DNA of 64,000 nucleotides, taken from contig NC_068991.1 in assembly GCF_001194135.2 (NCBI RefSeq), forward strand, positions 24,493,065 through 24,557,064, given 5' to 3'. The notes under the pieces are model-generated. The model had not been told where the DNA came from and made no database searches. It was given only the letters and a program-made list of their open reading frames with translations. This DNA comes from Octopus bimaculoides. Its lineage: Eukaryota. The stretch's first letter is position 1; each line of letters opens with the position of its first letter. Positions 11,421-25,556 of this stretch are shown in pieces. Made by a program: the position numbers and the translations under genes.

Positions 11421-12049
11421 TGATTCCATGCATGTGTGTTCATATGCATGCTGATATGCTTGAAGAAGACTAGTTAATTTTGGAGATAGTTTTGTAATTA
11501 AATTTAGATTTTCACTCAAGATTAATAGTGTTTCTACTCTCTTAGATTAATGAAGTTTTATGTCTTAATAGTAGTGCATGATAATGTAATACTGTATCAC
11601 TATACATACACACACATACATAAACACACACACATGCATACATACACACATACATACATCCATCCATCAATACATACATATGTAAGTATATACTCACATG
11701 CATAGTAGAAACATTGACAAGAAGAGTGGTCTCCTTTAGACCTGTGGTACATACAGATCACATAGAAGCTTCACCTTTGCTTTCAATGAATAGGAGATAG
11801 CCTCTAAATTGTAATACAAAATGAGCGTTGTTTGTGCCAGAATGGTATATATCACCCACAATAGCACAACATCAGCAGCTATCTGCAAGAAGGACTGTTC
11901 TGACGGTCATGAGATAAAAATATATCCAAAGGTTTAAAAATGAGGAATACTGGTGGAACAGTTATTATATATATATATATATATATATATACAAAATATA
12001 GGGGTTTAGTTCACAGGTGATCTAAACAATTAGGTATGCTAGGTGAGTG

Positions 12050-12252
12050 CTGTAACGGATTGCTAGGGCTCCAAGGTTACAGCCGAGATGGTAGTTATGG
12101 AGTATTGCAGATTTCCGATGCAGTGGATATATAATTCTGTTGTGTTTGGGGAGGGTCATTTTCTTTTTGTGCCTTATAGTTTAACACACTCACCGGTAAA
12201 ATTTCCACTTATTCCTTATTTTTATTTTCCTAAAATTTTCGTTGCGTCTTGC
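12050..12252 (+). mobile_element. Possible LTR left end (TGTAACGG...), truncated by a gap
   Basis: TGTAAC start typical of Gypsy LTRs and CpG-richer than flanks; the other end is not visible. Confidence 0.3.
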
Positions 12253-12419
12253 NNNNNNNNNNNNNNNNNNNNNNNNNNNNNNNNNNNNNNNNNNNNNNNN
12301 NNNNNNNNNNNNNNNNNNNNNNNNNNNNNNNNNNNNNNNNNNNNNNNNNNNNNNNNNNNNNNNNNNNNNNNNNNNNNNTATATATCCATTAAAGTTTTAT
12401 AAATAATGATAATAATAAT

Positions 12420-12628
12420 CCTTTCTACTATAGGCACAAGGCCTGAAATTTGGGGCAAGGGACTAGTCAATTATACCAATCCCAGTCTCAACTGGTACAT
12501 AATTTATCGACCCCGAAAGAATGAAAGGCAAAGTTGACCTCAGCGGAATTTGAAATCAGAACGTCAAGGAGGAAGAAATGCTGCTAAGCATTTTGCCCAT
12601 CATGGTAACGATTCTGGCAGCTTGCTGA
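12420..12628 (-). mobile_element. tRNA-derived SINE, family B
   Basis: Near full-length match to the units in the 625-1920 cluster. Confidence 0.85.
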
Positions 12629-13825
12629 TGATGAAATTATAACAACATTAATACAAGTATAACTTGTATCATCCAACTATTGGGTGTTACTATACACTGC
12701 TGGTTACAATGCACTTCCTCACCCTTTTGAATTATGCCACCCTGCTGGCTGGGCAGGCAGGCCAAGATTCCCCTTGAATGGAATGCCAGTTCATTGCAGG
12801 CTTGCCTATTTGCAGCTGAGTGGACTGGGGAAATGTGAAATAAAGTGTTTTGCTCAAGAACACAATGCACTGCTGGTCTGGGAAACAAAACAATGACCTT
12901 GAGATTATGAGTGCAACACCCTAACCACTAGGCTACACCACACACAAAATTACTTTATACACACACACTCCTCATGAAATAATTTCATGGATTGGATCTC
13001 CTGGATTTCTGCTGCATAGGACTCTACATTATGCTCCTACTTATAGGAATATAATGTAGTATGGTAGCATGGTTCACTAGAGGAGCTTTCTGTGATTTCC
13101 ACAAGGTTCTATGAATTTATACACACACACACACACACACACACACGTTCTATATAATATAGGCACACACCAGAATGGTTAAGAAGTTTGCTTTGCAATC
13201 ATGTAATTCCACTATGTAAAAGTGGGCAACTTGAGCCTGCCCAAATTTTGTAAGTGAAAATGGTTAGACAGAAACTGTGCAGAAGCCTATTTACTGGACT
13301 ATACCTGTAATTAAAAGGGCCAGTCTTGTTACACACTATATAATACTGATTCCACCTGAAGATTACCTTGAAGAGATACATGTCTGTGGAATACTTGGCC
13401 ACTTACATTTATAATTTGAAGAGACTGTCACTATTTTTTAATGGGCACTGAAGGATTTGAACTCAAAACAAACAGAACCAAAACAAAGACTACAAAGCAT
13501 CTCCTCTGACACTAACAGTTCTATTAATAACCTAGCCCAGACTGGTAGTATTCATCCAGCCTTACAAAGATGAAGTGCAAAGCTGACTAGATGAGATTTG
13601 AACTAAGAACTGGAATAAATACTATGAATGTATATATGATACATTCATATATGTGTATGTGTGTGTGTGTGTGTGTCTGCATGAAATATATTACAGACTT
13701 ACCTTTTTTAATGTATGCTATATATATAATTTTATTGCACTATTTTATATATCAATAATAATAACTAGTAAAAACTATATATTAATAACTAGAGCAGAGA
13801 GGAATATATATATATATCTCTCTCT

Positions 13826-14026
13826 TTTACTCTTTTACTTGTTTCAGTCATTTGACTGTGGCCATGCTGGAGCACTGCCTTTAGTCAAGCAAATCGACCC
13901 CAGGACTTATTCTTTGTAAGCCTAGTACTTATTCTATCGGTCTCTTTTGCCGAACCGCTAAGTTACGGTGACGTAAACACACCAGCATCGGTTGTCAAGC
14001 GATGTTGGGGGGACAAACACAGACAC
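13826..14026 (-). mobile_element. tRNA-derived SINE family A, 3' half
   Basis: Reverse complement of 62780-62985 (tactcttttacttgtttcagtcatttgactg...gggggacaaacacagac). Confidence 0.88.
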
Positions 14027-14050
14027 CCAGTTTATTGGGAGTTACATGTA

Positions 14051-14163
14051 TGGATCAACACAGTTTGATTCAAATTCATTTTGAATTTGAAAATGGCTGA
14101 AGATTAGCATCACACTTGAAACTCAAGAGTACCAATGAATTTGAATCAAACTGTTTTGAACCA
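14051..14163. repeat. Short fold-back (30 bp arms), MITE-like
   Basis: tggatcaacacagtttgattcaaattcatt (14051-14080) versus aatgaatttgaatcaaactgttttgaacca (14134-14163). Confidence 0.7.
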
Positions 14164-17100
14164 CACACATATATATATACATGAAACTACAATAAAATAA
14201 CTATGGTTGAAATATGAAATTGTTTCAATATCTTCCCATGTGTTTAAGCCAAGTGATATCATAAAATCTGAATAAGAAAATATAATAACTAAGTTTGAGA
14301 GCAAGAAATAGAAGAAATATATTAACCATAGTTAAAATATGAAAGTTTCACTGCCCATATCAACTGAGCAAATACTGGCATCATTTCAGCATAAAAATTA
14401 GTGGTTTCAACTATGTATATCAACCAACAAAATATCACCATATTTTCAAAGATCAAAATTACACCACGGCCATATTTCATAATGCTTGGTGTCATTTTAC
14501 ACTTACATACAAACTTTATGCTTTAGCTGTTCAAGTAACGAGCAGTGAATATGACAAACCCATAAACATAGTCTATTTTATTCATAATATTGAATTTAAT
14601 AATTTTCATCTTTTACAACAAACAGAGGAAGAGCAGAGAAGACTGTTTAATCTTGCCATAGAAACCTCTCTAGTGCTTGGAGTGAGATAAAATATATTTA
14701 GTCTATATTGTAAAGTGGTTTGTGATAGGAAGGACATCCAGTTATAAAAACCATACCAAAAATAACACGATATAGATTGCAACAGCGTAAACCAGGTTTT
14801 TTCTTCTCTATCTGTGTATGCCAGACAACAAATTACTGTAAAGAGTAGAGAGATGCTGTGAGGCCCATCCAACCCATGCCAACATGAAAAAAATATATGA
14901 AAAAATAATGTAAAATAACAATTTTGCTATTTTATCTATTTATAAATCATAAGAAATTCGGCTTAAGGAATTTGAGACCTGCACTTCATAAAGCAGTGCA
15001 TGTGCATTTCTCTCTCCTGCCTTCCAAGAGAGTAGTTGATGGAAAGGGAGAGAGACTGAGGAACAGAAGGTGTAATTAACATCTAGCAGATAAAAAGAGA
15101 ATGAAAGAGAAAGTAGTGAAAATCTGTGTATATATGGATGTCTTCTAGTTCATTGAAATGAGTTCACATCTCATGGCAAATTTTGTAAAGACTTCTTTTC
15201 TTTAGTAAGCTGCTTAAACATTACTTGACTAAAACTGTGAAAAGAGAATAATGATGATGACAGTGATGATGATGATAATGACAAGGAAAACAATGACATA
15301 ATTGAGAATGTGATTTAAATGAAAATCGACAGAAATCACCAAAAACATTAATAATAATAAGGACTTGAGAGAAAATACCATATAAGGCAATGGGTTATTA
15401 AAATTGTAAAGAAAAGAGAAAAATATTTGAGCTTTCATTGAACTTGATTAATATAGTTGGTTAGCTACTTTAAGCCAATACTTATATAATTACTTATAAA
15501 TTACTATAAATTATTAAAAAATTATAATGAATGGAAGAATATTCTGACATTTTGGGAAGTTATGAAATAAAATCTTTGTTCTTGTACTTACAGGTTTTAA
15601 TCCTTGAGAAAATATTAAAAGATATATTTGTAAGAGCACTGAAATTCAATTTACTTGAAGTAAAGGCATACCTAGAGCCAGTTCTGGTGCTAGGTGCATT
15701 ATGTCTACGGAAAAATAGGATGGCCTTGGCTAGAATGCCTTTAACCATAAGTCTGTAAAATCAGGGCTTAATGAGAACAGTAACTATGTTTATTTATTAA
15801 TTTGCTATCAAAGATAATTCAATAGCTGAATCAAAATGAAGAGAAAATTATAACAGTACATATGTTCAGAAGAACAAGTAGATAACTAAGTAATTGAGCA
15901 TAAAAAAAGGCTGGGCAGCTAAACAGACAGACTTTTAAAACAAAGGTCTCTAAAGGAAGGAGTCAGGTGGAGTGATGAGTGGATGAACCAGATTTGAACA
16001 TGGTGACTCCCTGAGCCAGAGCTTTCCAAACTTTTTTACATTGACAATATATTTTTTTTTAAATAATCATTTTCAGGACACATTAATTGTCACCAGCCCT
16101 GTGTCAAATTTTATGCAGAGTTGTCAATTCCCAAATATACATCAAAGCTAAATAGTCTTAAGAATTTATCAGATTTGGCTTAATTTCTTGACACACCAGG
16201 AAATAATTGGAGAAATAGTTTTGATGGCACAGTTTAGAAACCTTTATCCTAAGTGCTGGGATCTTCCAAGAACCCTATTTGGCAATTAACAGAGAATAAG
16301 GCTGTGTAACAAGTGAACTTGGTAAGCATACCCTCAACGAGCATAAGAAAACCCAACAAAGTGGAAGAGTGCTTTAAAATGTTTTAAAAACATCAATCGG
16401 AAAATAATGCTGGAAATTTATTCCTAATGAGTCAAATGATGGAATGTATTTAATTTTAGGAGTAAGATACTCTCATAAATTTACAATTTCCAGAAAATGA
16501 AAAGTAATTTGAAAACCATTACATAATTAACACTGATAAAACGTAAGAAATCAATCAGTTTACAAATTTACAAAACTTAATGTTGATAAAATGCAGCAAT
16601 GTAATAATGTAAGGTAACATAAGTTGGTATAATGTAACATAACACAGACTGAGAAAAGAAATTATAAGTATAAATAAATGTAATAAAAATTTGTATCAGA
16701 GAATATTTATAAAATAATGAAAAACAATTTTGATTAACTAATTGGGTCTAATTGTTAAATGTTAATGCATGATATTATAACTTAAATATAATTATAGTAA
16801 AACTGTTATGAATGAAAAATTTCTGATATTTTAAAAGCTTCTTTAACTTGTTTGATCCTAAATTGAAGCTGGTTCAATTTATGTCTAAACCGAGCCTGAC
16901 AGACAGAGAAGTGATTGAACTGACATCCTACTCAAATAAATGGACAGCTATGTCGAGAAATGGAAAGAAACAGAGGACAGGATAAAGAAGTAGAGGACAG
17001 TTAGATAGAATGAGAAACAAAAATACACATGAACAGACAGATATAAATAGCCAGATGGATTGATAAATAGATAAATAGATAGAGAAATATAAAGACATTA

Positions 17101-17935
17101 AAGATGTAGAATAAAATATAAGCAAAGTCTAGTGCAAGATGTGAAGTGAAAGTGTAGAATTGTGACAAGGTGTTAAAAGTAAATAAAAAGCAACAAAAAT
17201 GTAACCCTATGTACTCTTTCTCTCCAGCCACACTGAAAGCCAAGTTACATTCACACATATACATTTATAAATACTACAGATAAAATAACATACATTCATG
17301 CAGACATCCCCATCATTGTTACCACACATTCACACATACATACACATATGAATAAGCATACAGTACACAGCTTCTACTGAGACACACTCACAAATAAACT
17401 CAAGCCTATATGCACAAAGCCTTACTTACATCATATTATATTAACAAGCCTCACCAAGAAGCAAAATACAAGCTTTCACACAAGCAGACAAACAAACATA
17501 CATTGAAGCATATAGATTTTGTGTCATTTTTCTATAAGGAATGTTCCAGTTGCTTAATCAATGGAGCTACCTATTCATTGTATTTAGTAGCAGAGAATTC
17601 CACAGACAATTGCACCCTTAACATAATTCATGGGTAGACACAGTGTGACAGGTAGAGTCCATCTGACAGCCTCCCACTCAGTTTCCGTCTACCTAATTTC
17701 ACTCCCAAGGGTTGAGTTGGTGCAAATGCATTCATGATTGCAAAGCAAGCTTAGTATCAGTTCAGCCATGTCAGCACCCCACCCATACATACATCTCCAC
17801 TCTCATACATTCAGCTTTCTTTTCCTCTTCTTTCCCAACATACACAACATCTCAAACACACTGTGAAATGAAAACTAAATGAGAAAGAGACACTGATAGC
17901 TCGTTCGTGGATTGGTACCAGTAATTGGGACGTAC

Positions 17936-18233
17936 CATCGGGGTGGTGGTTGTCATGTAATGGTAGTGATGGTGGTGGTGGTGGTAGTGGTGGTAAGTGA
18001 TAGGAATCATACGGAGGAATGCCAGTGTTGGGTGGATGCATGGACATAGAAGGAGCATGGCCTGACGTAGTGGAAGAGTTTGTGCTGCGCATGTAATCAT
18101 CTCCCTTGTACAGGCCACCACTACTGGTCTTACTTGTTGAACGAGATGTGGTTGAGGTCGTTGAGATACCGATGTTCATTCGATTCAGACCGCCATCCAT
18201 CGAAGAATCGTTGCGATAGGCAAGTGCTGATCT
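17936..18233 (-). CDS. CELSR: CELSR exon: cytoplasmic tail, Ser/Thr- then Pro/His-rich (RSALAYRNDSSMDGGLNRMNIGISTTSTTSRSTSKTSSG...HHPD)
   Basis: atacag|AGA ... ATG|gtacgt; 298 nt, phase 0 to 1. The STTSTTSRS segment resembles the Flamingo proximal tail. Confidence 0.88.
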
Positions 18234-19679
18234 CTGTATGAATAGAAAGAAAAAGAGTATGAACAAAAGAATATGTTACATCATTATCATCATTTTAACG
18301 TCTATTTTGCCAATGCTTGCATAGGCCAAACAGAATTTATTGAAGTAGATTTTCTACAGCTGAATGCCTTTCCTGCTGCTAACTTTGTCTGTTTCCAAGC
18401 AAGGTAATATTTCCCTTTGGCTGGACACTTTTATGCAGAATATTGGAAATGAATGACACTGCTTGTACGAGAGTAACGGTCATTACAACTATCATATGAT
18501 GTCAAGACAATGAAACACAAACATACACACATTCATACCTATATATATACACATACAGACATACAGACATTATGTGTGTGTATATATAAATGAACACACA
18601 CATATACCCTGTGAGTATGTGTGTGTCTGAATGCATGCTTGTGAAAACATTTATACACAAAAATACACACACGAAGTTCACTATTACAACAAGAAAGAGA
18701 AGTTAATTCCTTGTTAATTGCAAGGAAGAATTTTCTCCCATCATTTGTAGCTAACAGGAAGATATCCAAGTTAGGTGAAATACTTTATAATTCATCCATT
18801 TCCACAATTAGAAGAGTCAGAAGATTTTCTAATGGTGTGTATGTCTCCATACAATTGAGACACATGCTGCTTTTCACATAGGCTGAGCTAACTTATGCAA
18901 TGATTATAATAATAACTGATGAGTTCTGAGTGACAGGCCAACACCTAATCCCTCGTCCACTCTCTTTGTGTGGGTTTGTATCATCAACATCATCATCATC
19001 TCCATCATCGTTTTCACACCCACTTTTCCATATTTGCAGCCAGATGCCTTTTCTATTGCTAGCCCTCACCTGTTTCCAAGCAAGGCAATATTTCCTTAAG
19101 GCAGGACATCTTTTCACAGAAGATTAGAAACAAAGAACACTGTTTGTGTGACAGTGACAATCGTTTACAAGTGATACTCGTGTTATGTCAACACAAGGAG
19201 ACAAGGAGACAAAACCTCTTCACATGCATACATACATATCTATATATGTAAGTATGTACCTATGTACACACATGATGGCCGTCCACTCGTGACCGAGGAA
19301 GATCATTGCCGACCTTCAGGAACATGCTAGGACTAACTAGAGTGCACAATGTTAGCAATATGTATGTACCTATGTACATACATACATACATACATGCATA
19401 TTGTCTACGTCATAAGAATTTAAAAAGATCAAGAGATATGAAATTGCTTGTAATGATGAAAGTAGTTAAAACTATAAATAACAGTGTATAAAATATTGGG
19501 TTAAAAAACACCTTGGATCGAGAAGATTGAAAGGATTGCTTTTGATATAACATTAGAACATCTATCATGTTTATAGAAGACATGGGTTGAAATCCCATAG
19601 GCATTCTTTGACTTTTACCATCCAAAGAGGGTATTTTTAATAACTACTTTGAGTTCCACCATAGAAAACAATTTATAAG

Positions 19680-20420
19680 ACATCCAGCCATAGTGCTCAG
19701 GAACCTGGTTAAGAGTGTTGGCAGGAGAATCTCCAGCTTATCTTCAAGCAAAGAGAGCTTTGATGCTGCTACTCTGTACTACAACTGGGCTCTGGCTGCC
19801 AGCTGTTTCAAGCACAGTATTAGTTACATGCCAGACCCTACCCCACCTCCAAGAGAAAGTGTCACCAGAAATTGCTGTGGTTCATGCCACCCTTCTCTTT
19901 AAACATTAAGACCAGAGTAGGCAAGACCTTCCTTAGTCTAGTTGATAGACACTTCCCCTGTTTTAATTGATTCAACAAAATATTTAATAGACATACCCTG
20001 AGATTATCCTTTAGTTGTGTACCTAGTGTAAAAAAGATTTTAGTAGGTAGGCCTACACCCAAGGCAGAGACAGGATTATCATGCAAGGGTAACAATTTGT
20101 CTGCTGAACAGCCACTGCAACACAGAGACAGTTGTATACAAGGCAGAGGTAACAGCCACAGGACCCAATGGACAACTGATTGTGTGAAAATATGTGGGGG
20201 TAATGGAAGACCCCTTCAGAACCTGCTTTAACAACAGAAAGTCCTCCTTCAATATTTCAGAGAGACACAATGCCACAACCCTAGCCAGGCACGTTTGATC
20301 TTTGAAAGGAAGAGCTAGAGAGTACAGCATAAAGTGGAAAATCCTGGAGAATGCAAACCGCATTTCAATAGCAGCAGGAAGTGCAGGTTATGCCTGGCTG
20401 AGAAGAGAGCAATTATAAAC
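19680..20420 (+). mobile_element. Penelope-like element remnant: RT thumb and GIY-YIG endonuclease
   Basis: Degenerate translation HP.AVLRNLVKSVGRRISSLSSSKESFDAA..YY..AL..; LWFMPPFSLNIKTRVGKTFLSLVDRHFP; VVYKAEV...YVG; FNNRKSSF..TTLARHV; YSIKWKIL; SRKCRLCLAEK. Confidence 0.85.
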
Positions 20421-21451
20421 ACCCAGATGTTTACCTGAATGGCAGGAAAGGAAGTACATCCTATCATACCTGCATGCCACAACATAACTGCAACCACAGG
20501 TCCCCAACTTCAACCTTCTACCAATGTCTTCAAGCCTGGCAAACAGTTTGACCAAAGCACACACCAATGCACCCATCAACACACACACCTGTAAGGTGAG
20601 CATCCCACCACCCCCAACTTATACCCCTTCACACACATTGTACCCCCCAGAAAGAAAATAGTCTAACGAACACAGCTATATATACCTACACCTCCAGAAA
20701 AAATTACGCATATGACACCACTACACATATCACACACCTGATTCCCACAAGAGCACCACATTTAATAATGCCCACTTTCCCCACAAACACTTCAAGATAA
20801 TTCTTGCTAGCTTCACAACATAGCCGACCAAGGGACATGACTCCTAACCTAATCCCCCGGCCCTTTTTCATTTCACCACCTCTTTTACAGCAGTTGCTGA
20901 CCGGTTGTGCTAATCCACCTTCAATAATAGAGAGCAGTTGCCATATTCCCTTCCATATCAGCTGTGATGAGCATAAGATTATATAAAAGGATTGTCACCT
21001 AACAATTCATTGTATTCCTTGCCCAAAACTGATTAGTAAGATCAGCCATGGTGGATATATAATACTATATATTTTGGATAATATACCTACTCTACTGACA
21101 GATATACAAGTGCATCTTTTCCATGATTTATGGTCTCTTAGACGAATCATATATATATGTACAGGCATACATCCCACTCATGCCAGCATGGAAAGCAGAC
21201 GTTAAACGATGATGATGATGATGATGATGAATAAGGTTTATGTTAGTTTCCAATCTACCAAATCCATTCACAAGGCTTTGGTCAGCCTGAGGCTTTAGTA
21301 AAAGATTCTACCCCAAGGTAGTATGCAATAGAACTGAACTTGAAACCATGTGGTTAGCACCTATACACAGCCATGCCAATGCTTATATAAATGTTCCTTC
21401 ATCTTTTGATTTTATTTCTCTTGCATGAATGATATAAGGAGTGATATTTAC

Positions 21452-21547
21452 CGATAGCATAGTACTTCTAGTACCACCGAGTGCTTCATCCAATTCCAGT
21501 TTTTTACCTTTGAATTTATACCAAACTCGTTTGATTTCAAACCGTAC
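21452..21547 (-). CDS. CELSR: CELSR exon: helix 8 and proximal tail (VRFEIKRVWYKFKGKKLELDEALGGTRSTMLS)
   Basis: ttatag|GTA ... TCG|gtaaat; 96 nt, phase 0 to 0. Confidence 0.9.
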
Positions 21548-22657
21548 CTATAAAAAAAAAATGGAGAACAAGGAAATAAGAAATAACAAAAACAAATAAA
21601 TGAATGAAATAAAATAAGAATAACAAAAGTAAAGAATGCTTTTTAAAAAAGCAAAGAAAATGAAAAGCAAGCAAATGACAGCTATCATCTTTAGCAGAAC
21701 AATATACAGGACAAGTTTGAAACATTGTCAGTAGTGAAGATAGAAAGGTGTTTCTTAATTGAAGGTTCATGGTTCAGTAGTTGGAGTGTCAAGCTTACAA
21801 TTGTGTGGTTGTGAATTTGATTCCTGCACCTGGCGGTGTGTAGTGTTCTTGAGGAAGACACTTTACTTCATGTTGCTTAGTTCATTCAGCTGTAGTAATG
21901 GATTGAAATGTCACTGGTTTGGCCTTTGCTTTTTCCCTTGGAGAAACATCAGTGGCATGGAGAGGGGAGACTGGTATGCATGGGTGACTGCTGGTCTTCC
22001 ACAAACAACCTTTCCCAGACTTGTGCTTTGGAGAACTTTCTATGGGCAATCCCACAGTCATTTGTGAAGAGGTTCTTCACCCTTTACTCCTTAATGTTCA
22101 CTTTTCCAAGCTTGCATGAATTACATGAAATTCATCAAGGCAGATTTTCTATGGCTAGATATCCTTCCTGTTACCAACCCTCATCTGTCTCCAAGTAAGG
22201 TAATATTCCCTGTGGTTGGACATGTTTCTATAGAAGATTAGAAACTAACAATATCACTTGTATGATGGCTATGCCCATCTACAACTGTCATGCGATGTCA
22301 AGACAAAGACACACACACACAACAGGCTTTTTCAGTTACCAAATCCACTCATAATGCTTTGGTTGGCCCAGAGCAACTATGTGGTTGGTAGGCAAACATT
22401 TTAACAAAACAGCCATGTTTGCAGCTTCCTTATGTAATGTGCCCTTCCTTTCATTTCAAGGAGGATGGGGGGGGGGGAGCTTGGTTGCAACTCTTAGCAA
22501 ACCAAATTACCATAAAGTGGTTTCCTTATAGTGGTGTTGATACACAGTTATGTATGATGGCAATGGTATATAGATGCATATTGTGATAGCCTGAAAGAAT
22601 GTATGAGAGTTGTATATGTACAAATACTGAATATATATTTTTTATACATCAACTTAC

Positions 22658-22826
22658 TGGTCGACTACATATAACGTAGAAGACAAAGATGAAAACTCCC
22701 ATAAAACAGCTCATAATTGCAAAGAGGTAGTGGAAAGCAGCATAGTTCTGATTAACTGAGAGGAGTGCAAACACCCAGTTAGCACCACACATTGGTAACA
22801 GCAAGGAGGCAACCAGTAGACTCTCT
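22658..22826 (-). CDS. CELSR: CELSR exon: TM6-TM7 (ESLLVASLLLPMCGANWVFALLSVNQNYAAFHYLFAIMSCFMGVFIFVFYVICSRP)
   Basis: ctacag|A ... CCA|gtaagt; 169 nt, phase 2 to 0. Confidence 0.95.
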
Positions 22827-23177
22827 CTGTAGATATGAAAAATAAAATTGAAAAAAAAAATTTTTTTTTAATTAAGAGAAAATATGTATGTGAATATCAA
22901 CTTGTATGTGAATAAAGACTAAGTAATGTAAATAAATGAATTGTCATATAAAAATAAGATAAATAAATAAGAAGAAACTGGAAATAATTACAGCTACATC
23001 AGCAACCAAAATGACAGAATTGAAAAGGTTTGGCTGATATTATAGCAAGATTAATCAGATAGAGAAAAGGCATTCTATTTTATGTCAGCAGTGATCAGAC
23101 TGCTATTCAGAACACTGAAAAGCTTTATATGATAATAACTGTTAATATGTTAGCTGTTATTATCACTGAATAGCTTG

Positions 23178-23385
23178 AGGCAGCAAGTTGGCAGAATCAT
23201 TAGCACATTGAACAAAATGCTTAGTGGCATTTCTTCCAAGACTTTACATTCTGAGTTCAGATTCAGCCATGGTTGGCTTTTGCCTTTCATCCTCTTGGGC
23301 TCAATAAAGTAAATACCAGTTGAACACTTGGTTCAATGTAATTGACTTAACCATCCCCTCAAAATTGCTGGCCTTGTGTCAAAAT
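23178..23385 (+). mobile_element. tRNA-derived SINE family B (the only plus-strand copy seen)
   Basis: gaggcagcaagttggcagaatcattagcac...ctgagttcagattc...gcctttcatcc. Confidence 0.8.
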
Positions 23386-23768
23386 TACAAAGAATTATCA
23401 ATGAATCACATTCTGTACTACACATAATAAGCAATAACAGTTCTATTGGAGGTTTTCAGTTGCTTCTACTCTCCTTGTGCTATGAAGTGAGCAGAAGAAA
23501 TTTCTTGCAATACCAGACAGTCATGGAGGAGAGCCAACATAGAAAATTTCCTTTCTTCAGGATGGATTCAAACAACACCACTCCTATATTTTGACAAATT
23601 ATTGTTTAATGAGGAATGAGAGAAAACAGCAAAAAGTTTAAAGAAAGAAAACTGTCAGGTTTCTCTGATTGAGAAGCTAATCAATCAGAATATGAAGAAA
23701 AGAAGATTCAGACTTCCACCACAACAAAATAAAAAATATATAGATTTAAAAAAGATGATAAAGCTTAC

Positions 23769-23854
23769 TTTAACATCCCTAGATCTTCATGAGACACATG
23801 AACTTTTTCTCGACAGCTAGCTTGCCACCCTAATATACAGGTAAGTACTGAAAT
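23769..23854 (-). CDS. CELSR: CELSR exon: end of TM5 and ICL3 (ISVLTCILGWQASCREKVHVSHEDLGMLK)
   Basis: tctcag|ATT ... AAA|gtaagc; 86 nt, phase 0 to 2. Confidence 0.9.
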
Positions 23855-24531
23855 CTGAGAAAGAATAGTAGCAAGTAATTAATAGACATAAATAATTATG
23901 AAAAGCATCACACACACACATTTTAGGATTACATTTTAAGGTCACATATTAAAAGACAATGGAAAAAATATTGAGTTTTCTCAATCTAAATTCAATATAT
24001 AATTAAAAGCATAATGTTTAAAATTTAATGTTATTCTGATTTTAATATTTTAATTTAGAAATTTAGAAATTTGGATGTTAAATTGACAGTGATTAATTAA
24101 GAGTAGAACCTTAATTGAATTCCAATTGCCAATTTAGGATAATTTACATGTAAAAATAATACATATAATACATAAAGTTGTTATCATGTGAATGGTCGAT
24201 TACTTATGGAGAAGAAGTTATCACAACTAATAAAATCCTCCCCACTAATACGACATGAAACATTCTAATAACTCTGGTTTTGCTGAAAAACTACCCTGAG
24301 GGGTTTTTTTTTTCAATCGTATTGATCCCTTATCTATTTTAATAAATCTCCATACATCGATGTTATTGACAGAGGTGTTTATGAATGACAGAAATATTTA
24401 TCTGTTTATTCAGTGAAGTACACTGCCTGCTTCTCCATACAAAAAAACCCCAAAAAAACACAGAAGTCATGAGTATTTCTGAAGAGTATGTAAGGCATGT
24501 AGACAGAAGGGAGATAAATTGTTTATCACAA

Positions 24532-24697
24532 AGCACTCTCTGAGTGGTTGGCGTTAGGAAGGGCATCCAGCTGTAGAAACTCTGCCAAATTAGATTGGAG
24601 CCTGGTGTAGCCATCCAGTTGCACCAGTCCTCAGTCAAATCGTCCAACCCATGCTAGCATGGAAAGCGGACGTTAAACGATGATGATGATGATGATG
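24532..24697 (+). mobile_element. Young RTE-type 3' end element with (GAT)n tail
   Basis: Same terminus as the 7240-8305 RTE family; near-identical inverted copy at 63830-63993. Confidence 0.88.
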
Positions 24698-25275
24698 AAA
24701 GCAGTGACTAAAACTTCATAATTTCTTTTGAAAATATAATGCCAGTTTTTTTGGGTTTTTTTTGGTGTCTGAAAATAATGAGAAAGAGTGGTACGGCCTG
24801 AAGTGGCTATGAAATTAGATTCTTGATGCTGCAGGGCTTTTATTCCTATCAGCACTTTGAAGTTTAAAATCAAAAGTCAATCCATGCAATCCAATTCCAC
24901 AGTGGCTCAGCAAGCTAAGATGGCTGTACTGATAGTAATAGGCTTTATATTTGAGTAGAGTTCTCCTCAGTGACTGCTTCACAAAAACAGAGAGCTCCAC
25001 CTACCCTGAAGTTGCCAGAAATGTGTAAAAGAAGGCACCAGACTGCCTAAGAGGATTCACACTTTGATTTGCTGTTAAGGTTGACTCCTCTAGCCTTTTC
25101 TTTTCTCAAAGCACTCACAAGTAAAGGCTTGTGCTTGGAGTTTCTTCCATTACTTGTTAATTAACACATAACGGTGTTACTACTTTGGGTAAAGTAGACT
25201 GGTGAAAACACAGTGGCTATGTATATATGTGCAATATTAACTGACAATAAAAGTAAAACAAAAAGAAAAACTTAC

Positions 25276-25342
25276 TATCCATACTACAACAATAGGTCCA
25301 GCAAAGCTCCATATGAACATATTTTTGGTTGATAACCAGCAA
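25276..25342 (-). CDS. CELSR: CELSR exon: ECL2-TM5 (CWLSTKNMFIWSFAGPIVVVWI)
   Basis: tttcag|T ... ATA|gtaagt; 67 nt, phase 2 to 0; CWL and WSFAGP motifs. Confidence 0.95.
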
Positions 25343-25556
25343 CTGAAAGTAAAGCACTCATATACATTAATTATGAATTTGAATTGGGAACTTGAGTCAT
25401 AGATGGATGAAATATTGGTTTCAAATTTTGGCAAAATGCCAGCAAGTTAAGGGAAGGGGTTAAGTCAATTACATCAACCCCAGTGTTCAAGAGAATCCAT
25501 GAAAGCAGTGAAAAGAAAAAAAGAAATAAACAGCAACCATGTTGAGAAATACTTAC

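Noticed and set aside
15116-15234. Acceptor-like ctcttttcacag followed by FSQVMFKQLTKEKKSLQNLP*
   Set aside because: It is open only in phase 2, and no neighbouring tail donor has that phase.
17811-17935. In-frame read-through of the tail exon (GTSQLLVPIHERAISV...KES*)
   Set aside because: The strong G|gtacgt donor at 17936 matches the phase of the next exon; read-through is possible but unsupported.
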